DNA of 64,000 nucleotides, from contig JADGDO010000001.1 of the NCBI GenBank assembly GCA_016744855.1, positions 256,765 through 320,764 of the forward strand, read 5' to 3'. Of the stretch, positions 49,229 to 59,126 are shown piece after piece; positions within the stretch are counted from its first letter, which is position 1; each line of letters opens with the position of its first letter. The notes under the pieces were generated by a model. The model did not search any database and was not told the origin of the DNA. It saw only the letters and a program-made list of their open reading frames with translations. The translations under genes and the position numbers were made by a program. The DNA is from Candidatus Fermentibacteraceae bacterium (lineage in GTDB: Bacteria > Fermentibacterota > Fermentibacteria > Fermentibacterales > JCC-6).

Positions 49229-49771
49229 CTATTTGGCAGCCGCAAGATAGCGAATGTCCTCAAGGCTTATTTTGCTTCCAGGACACTCTGTGGAAGACCC
49301 TTCGACTAATCTATGCAGTGTTATAGAGTCTATGTCCAGTGAATATTCCAGAATAAGAGCTCGCAAAAGGAGAGAAAGGGAGCTCAGCTGGAGAGCAGAA
49401 GGTTCATTTAAGTTGAAATTCCCTACAAGGCAAATCCCAATAGAATCATGATTTCCTCCCTTAGCATGAGCACCTTTGAAGGGAAGCAACCTTCCCTTTT
49501 CAATTTCCCCGTCATCGCTGTATGACCCATTACCTATTACGTAATGATATCCTATATCATTCCAACCATTTATCATTCGATGCAATACTCTGAACAAAGC
49601 GGCATTTCCTGTTTCAGTTGCAGAATGATGTATGACAATTCTCCTGATTGATTCCATTTGGGGAGATTGTGGATCTGCAAGTGGCTGAGACAATAACAGA
49701 GCTTTCTTCTCAATTTCATCTGACTTATCACATACTAGGCCTGTCTCTCTTAACCACTCTGTGTATTTCAT
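49229..49771 (-). CDS. N-acetylmuramoyl-L-alanine amidase (Amidase_2/PGRP, AmpD-like)
   Basis: IVIHHSAT...GYHYVIGNG...KGAHAKGGNHDSIGICLVGNF zinc amidase motifs. Confidence 0.8.
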   Translation of the reverse strand: MKYTEWLRETGLVCDKSDEIEKKALLLSQPLADPQSPQMESIRRIVIHHSATETGNAALFRVLHRMINGWNDIGYHYVIGNGSYSDDGEIEKGRLLPFKGAHAKGGNHDSIGICLVGNFNLNEPSALQLSSLSLLLRALILEYSLDIDSITLHRLVEGSSTECPGSKISLEDIRYLAAAK

Positions 49772-49834
49772 TTATATTCGCTCCGTACGAAAATATTATT
49801 GTTTTGACCTGTGTTCAATTATGGAGGTAATATT

Positions 49835-50668
49835 ATGCCCGATCGCAATGTAGGTACAAGGGTTGGTGTTTATGTTGATGTTTCAAATCTGACGATGAAT
49901 GGCGGATACGGCATGCGCTACGAAGTTCTCCGAGAATTTGCCTGCCGAAACGGAGCCCGTCCAGTCCGCTTGAATGCTTATGTAAGTTTTGATGAGGTTA
50001 GAGCAAGAACTGATTTTGAATACAGAGACAAGCAGAGAAGATTTCACAGCGCTCTTCGCGATATTGGCTTCAAGGTTATAAGAAAAATTGTCAAATGGTA
50101 TACAGATGAAACCGGTGCCAGATTTGGAAAAGCAAATGTAGATCTTGATCTGGCTGTAGATGCACTTCTTCAGTCTGACAAGCTCGATAAGGTTTTGATT
50201 GCAACCGGAGACGGCGATTTCGTAAGGGTCATAAGCACAATACAGAACAAGGGCTGTCGTGTAGAGGTTCTGGGTTTTGATAATGTATCGCGTGAACTCA
50301 GGGACGAAGCTGACCTATACATTTCAGGTTTCCTGGTGCCGAATCTTCTCCCTTTCAAAGGGCTGGATGACTACTCCAGCTGGGGAGCAAAAGGATCATT
50401 CGTGAGAGGTGTGTGTGTCAGTCACGAAAAAGGATTCGGTTTCTTCAGGTTTCTGGATACTTTCCAGGGAGAATTGTGGTTGATAGATAACAGAGATCCC
50501 GCCTCTCCATATTCAAACATTTTCTTCCACGACTCAAATCTTCCATCGAATGTAGACTATTTCAAACTCCCCGACAGAGATCTTGTCTTCGAGTTCGAAA
50601 TATCTGAGGGAACGGATCCCGGGAAAACTCAGGCAATAAACATCGGCTGCCTAAGAGCGCTGACATAG
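49835..50668 (+). CDS. NYN/LabA-like domain protein with C-terminal cold-shock-like domain
   Basis: The ATG at 49835 is preceded by GGAGGT. NYN motifs VGVYVDVSNL...LIATGDGDF. C-terminal GSFVRGVCVSHEKGFGFFRF resembles the CSD KGFGFI motif. Confidence 0.6.
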   Translation: MPDRNVGTRVGVYVDVSNLTMNGGYGMRYEVLREFACRNGARPVRLNAYVSFDEVRARTDFEYRDKQRRFHSALRDIGFKVIRKIVKWYTDETGARFGKANVDLDLAVDALLQSDKLDKVLIATGDGDFVRVISTIQNKGCRVEVLGFDNVSRELRDEADLYISGFLVPNLLPFKGLDDYSSWGAKGSFVRGVCVSHEKGFGFFRFLDTFQGELWLIDNRDPASPYSNIFFHDSNLPSNVDYFKLPDRDLVFEFEISEGTDPGKTQAINIGCLRALT

Positions 50669-50701
50669 TCCGGATCTCCCTGGAGAGTTTAGAAACAAAG
50701 A

Positions 50702-51841
50702 CTAAGCAATATCCTTCTTAAGGGTAACAATAAATGTTGAGCCGACTTCGGGAGTACTTTCAACAGATACGTCTCCGTTGTAAAGAGATGCTATCTTTCT
50801 CATTATGGAAAGTCCCAGGCCACTACCCAGAATATTTCTTGTCTTCGAATTCTTGATTCTTACAAACTCGCCGAACAATTTTTCAACTTCGCTCTCTGAC
50901 ATTCCGATTCCTGTATCGGTAACGGCGATTCTAATTGTGTCCGAAAGATTCTCTATGGAAACAGTTACGCTGCCCTTGTCTCTGTTGTACTTAACAGCAT
51001 TTGAGATCAGATTGTTGAAAACTATCTCTAATTCACCACTGTCAGCTGTCATTTCTATTTTATCCTGATTGATTTCCATACTGATTGAAATGCCTCGTCT
51101 GTCAGCTTCAGGTTTCATGGTTTCGATACTATTTCTGGCTGATTCAAGAACATCTATAGAGGATAATTCTCTCTTCTTCTGACCGGATTCCAATCTGGTA
51201 AGATCGAGTAGATCATATATAAGTTTCCTCATGCCGCTGAGTCTAACAAGACTTCTTTTGACAACCTTATCGTGAACTGCAGGGTCCTCCATACCAATTC
51301 CATCTCTGAGAAGATAGAGATAACCCTCAATTGCTCCGAGGGGAGCTTTCAACTCATGGGCCAAAACACTTATAAACTGAAATCTTACTCTTCTTTTTTC
51401 TTTTTCCAGTTCTCGGGCTTGACGCAGCGCAACAAGATGAGCTGCCGCCTGCCTTACTGAAACTTTAAGTTCAGCAGGAGTAAAAGGTTTTGGAAGAAAA
51501 TCGTAGGCACCCTCTTTGGTTGCCGTTATAGCGGTTTCTATTGAAGCATATGCAGTTATCATTATTGCCATAAGATCAAGATCATTCTTGTTAATCCAAT
51601 GGAGTACATCAATTCCGGATATACCACCCATCTTATTATCCAGCAAGACGATGTCAGGCGTAGACTTCTCCATGAGAAGAATTGCATCCTCGCCTGACGA
51701 AGCCTCCACAACATTCAGTTTCACAACCTCGTCTGTATCATCCAGATCCATGGAAAATTTCCGGAGGGATCTCTTTACCCCCAGACGCATTCCTTCCTCA
51801 TCATCAACAATGAGGAGAGTGAGTAGTATTTCTTCACTCAT
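50702..51841 (-). CDS. hybrid response regulator-histidine kinase (REC-HisKA-HATPase)
   Basis: REC LIVDDEEGMR...DNKMGGISG. H-box VLAHELKAPL. G-boxes DTGIGMS / GSGLGLS. Start taken at the internal Met (MSEEILL). Confidence 0.8.
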   Translation of the reverse strand: MSEEILLTLLIVDDEEGMRLGVKRSLRKFSMDLDDTDEVVKLNVVEASSGEDAILLMEKSTPDIVLLDNKMGGISGIDVLHWINKNDLDLMAIMITAYASIETAITATKEGAYDFLPKPFTPAELKVSVRQAAAHLVALRQARELEKEKRRVRFQFISVLAHELKAPLGAIEGYLYLLRDGIGMEDPAVHDKVVKRSLVRLSGMRKLIYDLLDLTRLESGQKKRELSSIDVLESARNSIETMKPEADRRGISISMEINQDKIEMTADSGELEIVFNNLISNAVKYNRDKGSVTVSIENLSDTIRIAVTDTGIGMSESEVEKLFGEFVRIKNSKTRNILGSGLGLSIMRKIASLYNGDVSVESTPEVGSTFIVTLKKDIA

Positions 51842-52232
51842 TTCCGTTGCTTCCCAGCTTGCGTAGCTCTTCTTCAATCTGCTCGAATCGGACAGGTTTT
51901 GAGAGGATAGCATCAGCCGTTATCCAACCTGAAGATTCGTTTGCACCGGGGAATTCAATGCCAGTTTCACCGGTCACATTGGTTACCATGATCACGGCAC
52001 ACTCCGGGAAACTCTTCTTGAGGCGGTATGCCAGCACAAATCCATCATCGTCGTTTTCCATCATGAGATCGATAACAGCTATTTCAGGCGTGAAAGAAGT
52101 GAATGTCTCCTCAGCTTCCTTTCTTCCGGCAGCTGCAACGACCTGGTATCCTCTTGTAGAAAACATCATTTCCATCTGATCCCTGAAGTCTGAATCATCA
52201 TCTACAATAAGTACTTTCTTTACTTCATTCAT
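51834..52232 (-). CDS. single-domain response regulator (CheY-like)
   Basis: VLIVDDDSDFR...DLMMENDDDG...K. 132 aa. Confidence 0.85.
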   Translation of the reverse strand: MNEVKKVLIVDDDSDFRDQMEMMFSTRGYQVVAAAGRKEAEETFTSFTPEIAVIDLMMENDDDGFVLAYRLKKSFPECAVIMVTNVTGETGIEFPGANESSGWITADAILSKPVRFEQIEEELRKLGSNGNE

Positions 52233-52247
52233 TGTGTATCTCCTCTA

Positions 52248-54248
52248 TCAGTTTTCGGGCCCTCTTCTGGGAAGAGTCACCGTAAATGTGGTTCCAGTAG
52301 CGCCTTTGTCAGGATCCGCGTTGGAGTCCACAGTTATCTGCCCTCTGTGCATTTTTATGATACCGTAGGTTACAGCAAGGCCCAAACCTGTTCCTTCACC
52401 TCGGCCCTTGGTTGTAAAAAACGGCTCGAATATCTTTTTGATATTTGCTCTTGGAATTCCTTTTCCTGTATCTGATACCTTTATCGTTACCTTGTCGGCA
52501 TCCCCGCCACAAACAACAGAGAGAACACCGCTCTCTCCCATTGCATGAAATGCATTTGTTGCCAGATTAGTAAGAACCTGAACTATCTGATCTTCATCGA
52601 AATCAGCATAAGGCTCAAAATCCTCACTTGAAAAGTCAAGCGTTATCCCTTCTGGTCGGCTTATAACGCTGATTACCTTCTCAACCATCTCGGAAACATT
52701 GACCGAGACTCGGGTCACCTTATTCTGCCTGGCAAAATCAAGAAGACCGGCTACTATTTTTTTACATCTGTCAGCATGGACTGTAATGGTCTTAAGATCT
52801 TCCTGAAGCTCTTCATTGTCATCTCCGGCGTGCTCTTCGAGAAGAGTATGTGCATACATCAGCACTACACCAAGTGGATTATTAACCTCATGTGCAATGC
52901 CAGCTGCAAGCTGGCCCATACCTGACATCTTCTCAGCATGCTTGAGAGCAACACGGGTACCGGCAAGCTCATCACTGGTCAAGGCAAGTTCTTCAACAGT
53001 GTTCTTAAGCTGATCGATTGCGAACGGCAGGCACATTTCACTTTCAGCAAGCCCTTTGAAAATTGCTATGGCGTGATTTCGACAGGTTTCATACCCGCAA
53101 GCTCCGCAATTAAGCTCATCCTCAATAGTAAACTTGCCCATTCGTTCCATGATTCTACTGATTTCAACCTCACTGGGAGCCTGCAATCTTGTATCTGAGG
53201 ATGTAAAAGTTCTGTCCAGGTTGAGTGAAGAACATCTCTCCATGGCAATATTCCAGTTGTTGAAATTTATCTTATCAAGAATACTCCTCGCATACTTACT
53301 GACTTTTGCTCTTCTACTGAAAAGTGGGGTTTTGCTTGTCATTCCCGGTCCCATAATGCAACCCTGACAGCAGAGAACTTCAAGCAGTCTCGCCTCGAGA
53401 TCACCGGATTCGAACTCTTTGAGTGCTTCTACAAAGTTGTTTCTACCGTCAGCTGTGACTATTTCTCCTGAAACGAGATCTTCTCTTAAATCAGCAGCCT
53501 GAAGCATCCCTCTGTTAATTGGAAAGAGAGCTCCCAAACCAGGGGTGGGCGGATTGAAATCACTTTCAGAAACCTTTTCCGGGTCAAGGTTCTTGATTGA
53601 AATGAGGGTTCGAAGTTCCGCGAAAGTAATTGATGCAGCAACATCAATGCCTGTATCATCCTCTGCCTCACCTTTTTTAGCGAGACATGGACCTATGAAA
53701 ACAATCTGTGTGTCGTCTCCATACAACATTTTAACCACTTTTGCCTCTGCAACCATAGGTGAAGCAATCGGAGCAAGGCGGGGAACAAGATCAGGAAGAT
53801 ATTTTTCTACATAGCTGACCACTGCAGGACAGGTAACGCCTATATACTTCTTCTCCGGATTATCTATAAGAAGTTTTTTGTATGCATGAGCTACAAGGTC
53901 AGCTCCGAAAGCAACTTCGCAGACATAATCAAATCCCATAGCTCTAATAGTGCCTGCAAATCTCTCGGGTGACACCTCTGAAAATTCAGCCGGGAAACTT
54001 GGTGCAATAATTGCAGCAATTTTTTTCCCGGAAGCAAGAAGGTCTGTAACAACCTCAAGTGAACCAACAGGTTTCTTTGCTCCCCGGGTACAAACCTTTA
54101 CACAGTTTCCACAGCCTATGCAACGATCATTTACAACCTCTGCCTGACCGTTGGTAATTCTTATTGCCTTTGCTGGACATTCCCTTACACAGGTGTAGCA
54201 CATCCTGCATTTGTCTGGAATGGTTTGTACAAGAGGAGATTTACTCAT
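52248..54248 (-). CDS. sensory-type [FeFe]-hydrogenase-like domain fused to a histidine kinase (ferredoxin 2x[4Fe4S] + H-domain + C-terminal Cys motif + HisKA/HATPase)
   Basis: N-terminal [12 protein letters not shown] / [12 protein letters not shown]-cluster L2 [11 protein letters not shown]3 [14 protein letters not shown]1 degenerate (VTCPAVV instead of TSCCPGW). Extra [10 protein letters not shown] motif. Then H-box [12 protein letters not shown] and G-boxes DTGKGIP / GTGLGLA. Confidence 0.75.
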   Translation of the reverse strand: MSKSPLVQTIPDKCRMCYTCVRECPAKAIRITNGQAEVVNDRCIGCGNCVKVCTRGAKKPVGSLEVVTDLLASGKKIAAIIAPSFPAEFSEVSPERFAGTIRAMGFDYVCEVAFGADLVAHAYKKLLIDNPEKKYIGVTCPAVVSYVEKYLPDLVPRLAPIASPMVAEAKVVKMLYGDDTQIVFIGPCLAKKGEAEDDTGIDVAASITFAELRTLISIKNLDPEKVSESDFNPPTPGLGALFPINRGMLQAADLREDLVSGEIVTADGRNNFVEALKEFESGDLEARLLEVLCCQGCIMGPGMTSKTPLFSRRAKVSKYARSILDKINFNNWNIAMERCSSLNLDRTFTSSDTRLQAPSEVEISRIMERMGKFTIEDELNCGACGYETCRNHAIAIFKGLAESEMCLPFAIDQLKNTVEELALTSDELAGTRVALKHAEKMSGMGQLAAGIAHEVNNPLGVVLMYAHTLLEEHAGDDNEELQEDLKTITVHADRCKKIVAGLLDFARQNKVTRVSVNVSEMVEKVISVISRPEGITLDFSSEDFEPYADFDEDQIVQVLTNLATNAFHAMGESGVLSVVCGGDADKVTIKVSDTGKGIPRANIKKIFEPFFTTKGRGEGTGLGLAVTYGIIKMHRGQITVDSNADPDKGATGTTFTVTLPRRGPEN

Positions 54249-54249
54249 G

Positions 54250-55977
54250 CTACTTCAGAACCTCTCTCTCAGCGTATGAAGTATGAAGCATCTCGTGAGC
54301 CTTATGGCTTCCGGGTTTCTCAAGATGATCTTCATAGAGTTTCATCAAAGAAGCGTTTGAGTGAGCTGTTCGCACAGGAGCAGCTGAATCTATGCTGTAA
54401 AGGGCCATCATTCTTGATCTGATAACCTTCGGGTCGGAGGTAAACGGCTGCCCTCCACCTGCGATGCATCCACCTGGGCAAGTCATCACTTCAATGAAAT
54501 GATAGGATTTCTCACCCGAAAGAATGCTGTCAATAAGCTTTCTAGCATTTCCAAGGCCACTTACTACGGCAGCCTTCACCACAAGATCACCTATTTTTAC
54601 CTCTGTCTCTTTGATTCCCTCAAACCCGCGAACATCCTTAACCTCAAGGTTGGGAAGTTCATCTCCTGTAATCATATGAAAAGCAGTTCTAACAGCGGCT
54701 TCCATAACTCCACCACTTGCTCCGAAGATTTTTCCAGCTGAACTGCGTTCTCCGTAGGGATTGTCTGCCGGTTCTCCCTCAACCTGCTCAAGATCTATTC
54801 CAAACATTTTAATCATTCTGTCAAATTCTCTTGTGGTGAGAACAACATCAACATCCCTGACAGTACCGTCACGCATTCCTGGCCTGTCGCATTCAAACTT
54901 CTTTGCAGTACAGGGCATTATTGAAACATGAAATACCTTTTTAGGATCGAGTTTTTTGTCCCTGGTCCAAATTCTCTTCACAACAGCACCGAGCATCTGC
55001 TGAGGGCTCTTGCATGATGAAACGTTATCAACAAGTTCAGGATAAAACTGTTCCATGAATTTTACCCAGCCAGGAGAACAACTTGTAAACATCGGGAATG
55101 GTCCCCCCGAAGTAACTCTCTGTACCAATTCGTTTGCTTCTTCAATAACAGTAAGATCTGCGCCGAACGAGGTTGGGAATATGTAATCAAAGCCCATCCT
55201 TCTCATCGCACCGTTCATTCTGTCGACAATATCGGTACCGGGTTTGATACCAAAATCCTCGGCGATCGTAACACTGATTGCCGGAGCATGTTGAGCGACC
55301 ACAGTTATGTCTGGGTCGCGTAGTGCTGAAATAACTCTGGCGGTCTCATCTTTTTCGGCAAGAGCTCCAGTAGGGCAAACCATTATGCACTGTCCGCAGT
55401 TGATGCAGCTGGAGACATTCAAGCCCTCTTCAAAAGCACACCCGATATGAGTAGCACTTCCTCTTCCAACAAAATCTATTGCGCTTACTCCCTGTATCTC
55501 CTCGCATACACGAACACACTTTCCACAGAGAATACACTTGTCCGGATCGCGTACGAGTGACGGGCTAGAAACATCAAGATCGTAGGTAGATCTCTCGCCG
55601 TTGTATCTACGTTGTCTTACTCCGAGCTCCTCAGAGTAATCCTGAAGAGTACAGGTTCCGTTGCGGATACAGTAAAGACAATCATCTGGATGGTTGGCAA
55701 GAAGAAGTTCAACAATAGTTCTTCTCGCATTGAGAGCTTTCGGGGAATGTGTCTTGATATCCATACCATCATAGGCAGGCAATGAACAGGACGGGATAAG
55801 ATTTCCCGAGCCGATCTCTTCGACGACACACATTCTGCAGGCACCTGTTGGAGGAAGGCCTTCCATGTGGCACAGTGTGGGTATTGATATTCCGGCTCTT
55901 GAGGCTACTGAAAGAACGGTCTCCCCGTGGCTGGCTTCTAGAACTCTGTTGTTTATTGTTACTTTCATATTTTCCAC
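54250..55977 (-). CDS. hydA: [FeFe]-hydrogenase catalytic subunit HydA (2Fe-2S + 3x[4Fe4S] + H-cluster domain)
   Basis: N-terminal 2Fe-2S Fd. L2 IMPCTAKKFE. L3 EVMTCPGGCIAGGGQP. The L1 region reads FTSCSPGWV. Co-located with NuoF-like and NuoE-like subunits. Confidence 0.85.
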   Translation of the reverse strand: MENMKVTINNRVLEASHGETVLSVASRAGISIPTLCHMEGLPPTGACRMCVVEEIGSGNLIPSCSLPAYDGMDIKTHSPKALNARRTIVELLLANHPDDCLYCIRNGTCTLQDYSEELGVRQRRYNGERSTYDLDVSSPSLVRDPDKCILCGKCVRVCEEIQGVSAIDFVGRGSATHIGCAFEEGLNVSSCINCGQCIMVCPTGALAEKDETARVISALRDPDITVVAQHAPAISVTIAEDFGIKPGTDIVDRMNGAMRRMGFDYIFPTSFGADLTVIEEANELVQRVTSGGPFPMFTSCSPGWVKFMEQFYPELVDNVSSCKSPQQMLGAVVKRIWTRDKKLDPKKVFHVSIMPCTAKKFECDRPGMRDGTVRDVDVVLTTREFDRMIKMFGIDLEQVEGEPADNPYGERSSAGKIFGASGGVMEAAVRTAFHMITGDELPNLEVKDVRGFEGIKETEVKIGDLVVKAAVVSGLGNARKLIDSILSGEKSYHFIEVMTCPGGCIAGGGQPFTSDPKVIRSRMMALYSIDSAAPVRTAHSNASLMKLYEDHLEKPGSHKAHEMLHTSYAEREVLK

Positions 55978-55986
55978 ATTCTCCCT

Positions 55987-57981
55987 CTACTGAACCTTGA
56001 CTGCATCGAAAGGACAAACTTCAAGACAGGTTCCGCATCCGATACATTTATCGGGAATGATGTAGTGGGGGCTTTTTCGAGCGCCCATGATTGCTTCGGT
56101 AGGACACTTTTTGGCACAAAGGGTACAGCCTCGGCACTTGTCTGCTATGATGCTGTATTCAAGAAGACCGGTACAAACGCCTGCTGGGCACTTGCGGTCG
56201 AATATATGGGCTTCGTACTCATCCCTGAACCATCTGAGGGTGCTAAGAACAGGATTCGGCGCAGTCTGTCCAAGACCACAGAGGCTGGTCTGTTTGATGA
56301 CTTCTCCCAGTTTCTCCATGTTAACTATTCCCTTGAATCTCTCAAGAGACTGTCTGCCAGTCTCTCCTCTTCTGCCTCTGGTGATAGCTTCGAGCATTTC
56401 AAGCATTCTTCGGGTGCCTTCTCTGCAGGGAATGCACTTACCGCAACTTTCTCTCTGGATGAAATCCATGAAGAATTTTGCCACATCAACCATGCATGTA
56501 TCCTCATCCATAACCACGAGACCACCGGAACCCATCATGGCTCCGAATTCTTTTAAAGAATCATAGTCGACCTTTATGTCGATATGCTGGCTGGGAATAC
56601 AACCTCCGGATGGTCCACCTATCTGGACAGCCTTGAATTTCTTTCCGTTAGGAATTCCACCACCCATCTTAAAAAGAATGTCACTCAGTGAAGTTCCCAT
56701 AGCGACTTCAATAAGACCGGTATTTGCAATTTTGCCGGAGAGTGCGAACACCTTTGTGCCCTTGCTTCCTTCTGTACCAACCGATGAGAACCAGTCTGCC
56801 CCTCTGAGAGCAATAGAAGGAACATTTGCAAGAGTTTCAACGTTATTGATAATTGTTGGTTTTCCGAACAAGCCACTTACGGCAGGATAAGGAGGTTTTG
56901 GAGAAGGCATACCTCTTTTACCCTCTATACTGTTAATAAGGGCAGTTTCCTCACCACAGACGAAAGCGCCGGCTCCCATCTTTATGACAAACTCCAGATC
57001 GAAACCGCTGTCAAGGATATTGTTACCAATGAGTCCCCATTCAGTAGCCTGCTTGATTGCAATTCTTAGTCTCTCAACAGCAAGCGGATACTCAGCTCTG
57101 ATATAAACATAAGCTTTTGTGGCTCCGATAGCATAAGCAGCAATTGCCATTCCTTCTAAAAGACGGTGTGGGTCCCCCTCGATAACCGCTCGATCCATAA
57201 ATGCACCGGGGTCTCCCTCATCTGCATTACAGATTATGTATTTTGAGTCAGCAGGTGTTGCAAGAGCGAATTTCCATTTTTTACCTGTCGGGAAACCTCC
57301 TCCTCCCCTGCCAGCAAGTCCGCTTTTTTCAACGAAATCACAGACGTCAAAGGGAGTCTTGGAGCTGATTGTCTCTGCAAGAGCTTTATAGCCATCCCGA
57401 GCAATGTATTCTCTTATGCTTTCCGGGTTAATAATACCACAGTTCTCCAGTACCCATCTTGTCTGAGGACCGAAAAAAGCATGCTCATCCATGAACTGAA
57501 CACCAGACCAGCTATTAAGTTTTTCTCCTCTGTACTGAGCAAGAGCGAGATTCGCAGGAACCTGACCATTAAGAATGAAAGCATCCATAAGATCGGTTAC
57601 CTTTTCCTCTGTAACAGTCTGGAAAGAAATCCTGGTTCTACCAGGCATCTGTATATCCATAATGGGCTCTACCGCACAAAGACCGACACAACCCACTTCT
57701 ATTATTTCCGCATCAACCGAATGGTGCTCAAGCCAACTTTTCACAACCAAAAGGCTCTTACCGGCTCCGGCACCAAGACCACATGTTCCAGTACCTATAA
57801 AAATGGTAGGCTTTTTTACATCCAATCTGAGTAGCTTTTCTTTACGGCTAACAAGATCGGTTGTACAATCCGAATTATCATGACACTTCGGTCCCGCGGA
57901 AAAACATTCTATTACACTGGGACAGGGCTTCTCGGGTGAATGCCAACACTCATTGCAGCATAATGCCAATCTCTCACTCAT
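55987..57981 (-). CDS. hydB: [FeFe]-hydrogenase NADH-binding subunit HydB (NuoF-like with N-terminal 2Fe-2S and C-terminal 2x[4Fe4S])
   Basis: FMN site GRGGGGFPTGKKW. C-terminal CRGCTLCAKKCP...CIGCGTCLEVCP. Confidence 0.85.
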   Translation of the reverse strand: MSERLALCCNECWHSPEKPCPSVIECFSAGPKCHDNSDCTTDLVSRKEKLLRLDVKKPTIFIGTGTCGLGAGAGKSLLVVKSWLEHHSVDAEIIEVGCVGLCAVEPIMDIQMPGRTRISFQTVTEEKVTDLMDAFILNGQVPANLALAQYRGEKLNSWSGVQFMDEHAFFGPQTRWVLENCGIINPESIREYIARDGYKALAETISSKTPFDVCDFVEKSGLAGRGGGGFPTGKKWKFALATPADSKYIICNADEGDPGAFMDRAVIEGDPHRLLEGMAIAAYAIGATKAYVYIRAEYPLAVERLRIAIKQATEWGLIGNNILDSGFDLEFVIKMGAGAFVCGEETALINSIEGKRGMPSPKPPYPAVSGLFGKPTIINNVETLANVPSIALRGADWFSSVGTEGSKGTKVFALSGKIANTGLIEVAMGTSLSDILFKMGGGIPNGKKFKAVQIGGPSGGCIPSQHIDIKVDYDSLKEFGAMMGSGGLVVMDEDTCMVDVAKFFMDFIQRESCGKCIPCREGTRRMLEMLEAITRGRRGETGRQSLERFKGIVNMEKLGEVIKQTSLCGLGQTAPNPVLSTLRWFRDEYEAHIFDRKCPAGVCTGLLEYSIIADKCRGCTLCAKKCPTEAIMGARKSPHYIIPDKCIGCGTCLEVCPFDAVKVQ

Positions 57982-57982
57982 A

Positions 57983-58450
57983 CTACACTGCCTTCTTTCT
58001 GTAGGATTCTATAATCTCAGGAATCTGGTCAGATTCAAGTCTCGCATGAAACTCACCATTAACTGCAATTACCGGAGCCAATCCGCAAGCACCGATACAA
58101 GCAACGATTTCCAGACTGAAAAGCCCATCCTTTGTGGTTCTTCCAGGCTGAAGTTCAAGTTCTTTTGTTAAGGCTTCAAGAACAGGCAAAGATCCTTTTA
58201 CATGGCAGGCTGTTCCGCGACAGACCTGAATATGAAACTTGCCCATTGGCTCGAATCTGAACTGATTGTAGAATGTTGCTACTCCGTATATTTTGCTTGT
58301 TGGAAGATTGAGGTGACGACCAATGAGTCTTACTGACTCTTTCGAAAGGTAACCCTCCTCACCCTGTACATCCTGGAGAACGGGTATCAATTTGTCCCTT
58401 CCCGCTTCGGGATACTGATTCAGGATTTCATTAATTTTCTCGACACTCAT
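57983..58450 (-). CDS. hydC: [FeFe]-hydrogenase subunit HydC (NuoE-like [2Fe-2S] thioredoxin-fold)
   Basis: CRGTACHVKGS...CIGACGLAP 2Fe-2S motif. Start taken at the Met preceded by GAGGAAAGGG; the track start 58516 would overlap rex. Confidence 0.8.
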   Translation of the reverse strand: MSVEKINEILNQYPEAGRDKLIPVLQDVQGEEGYLSKESVRLIGRHLNLPTSKIYGVATFYNQFRFEPMGKFHIQVCRGTACHVKGSLPVLEALTKELELQPGRTTKDGLFSLEIVACIGACGLAPVIAVNGEFHARLESDQIPEIIESYRKKAV

Positions 58451-58454
58451 ATAT

Positions 58455-59102
58455 TTATTCCCTTTCCTCTGTTTGTCTTGCAAAGTAGGCCACTTTTTCA
58501 AGAGCAGCAGTAACATCTCTGTTCTCTATATAGACTTGCTCAGGCACCTTAAGAGGTACAGGAGCATAATTTAGAATTCCCTTTATTCCTGCATCTATCA
58601 ATTTCTCTGCAACCGACTGAGCCACCGGAGATGGAACAGTAAGAACAGCTACTGAAATATTTTCCCTTTTAATTATTTCTTCAAGTTTATCCTGAGAGTA
58701 ACAATGGGATCCTCCGATTACCCTTCCCGACTTGGTAACATCTGTATCGAATGAGGCGACAATCTTCAGATGTGATCTGCGTCCTGAAAGGAAGGATACA
58801 ATTGCTCTACCTAGGTTTCCCATGCCGACAACAGCTACCCTGGTGGGTTTACTGCCGTCCAGAAATCTGCCGATGCTCTCGGTAAGATCTCTTACCATGT
58901 ATCCCTTACCGGGGCTTCCGGAATATCCAATAGCCATAAGATCTCTTCTGAGCTGAGCAGGGCTGACGCTTGCCATCGATGCCAATTGGTGTGAGAACAG
59001 ATTGATTGTTTGTGCATCAACATGCATTTCCAGCAACCATCTGTACTGACTTAAGCGCTCAACAGTTTTGTCTGAAATCATTTCCTGCTCCATCTGTAAC
59101 AA
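58455..59102 (-). CDS. rex: redox-sensing transcriptional repressor Rex
   Basis: Winged-helix N-terminus. Rossmann VVGMGNLGRA NADH-binding motif. Directly upstream of hydCBA. Confidence 0.9.
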   Translation of the reverse strand: MLQMEQEMISDKTVERLSQYRWLLEMHVDAQTINLFSHQLASMASVSPAQLRRDLMAIGYSGSPGKGYMVRDLTESIGRFLDGSKPTRVAVVGMGNLGRAIVSFLSGRRSHLKIVASFDTDVTKSGRVIGGSHCYSQDKLEEIIKRENISVAVLTVPSPVAQSVAEKLIDAGIKGILNYAPVPLKVPEQVYIENRDVTAALEKVAYFARQTEERE

Positions 59103-59126
59103 TATTTAATATGTTAAAACTTAGTG

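Noticed and set aside
58455-58516. 62-nt overlap between rex and hydC as given by the ORF track
   Set aside because: An internal ATG at 58450 with the RBS GAGGAAAGGG gives a non-overlapping hydC start (MSVEKINEIL…) that matches NuoE-like N-termini. The longer ORF is probably over-extended.
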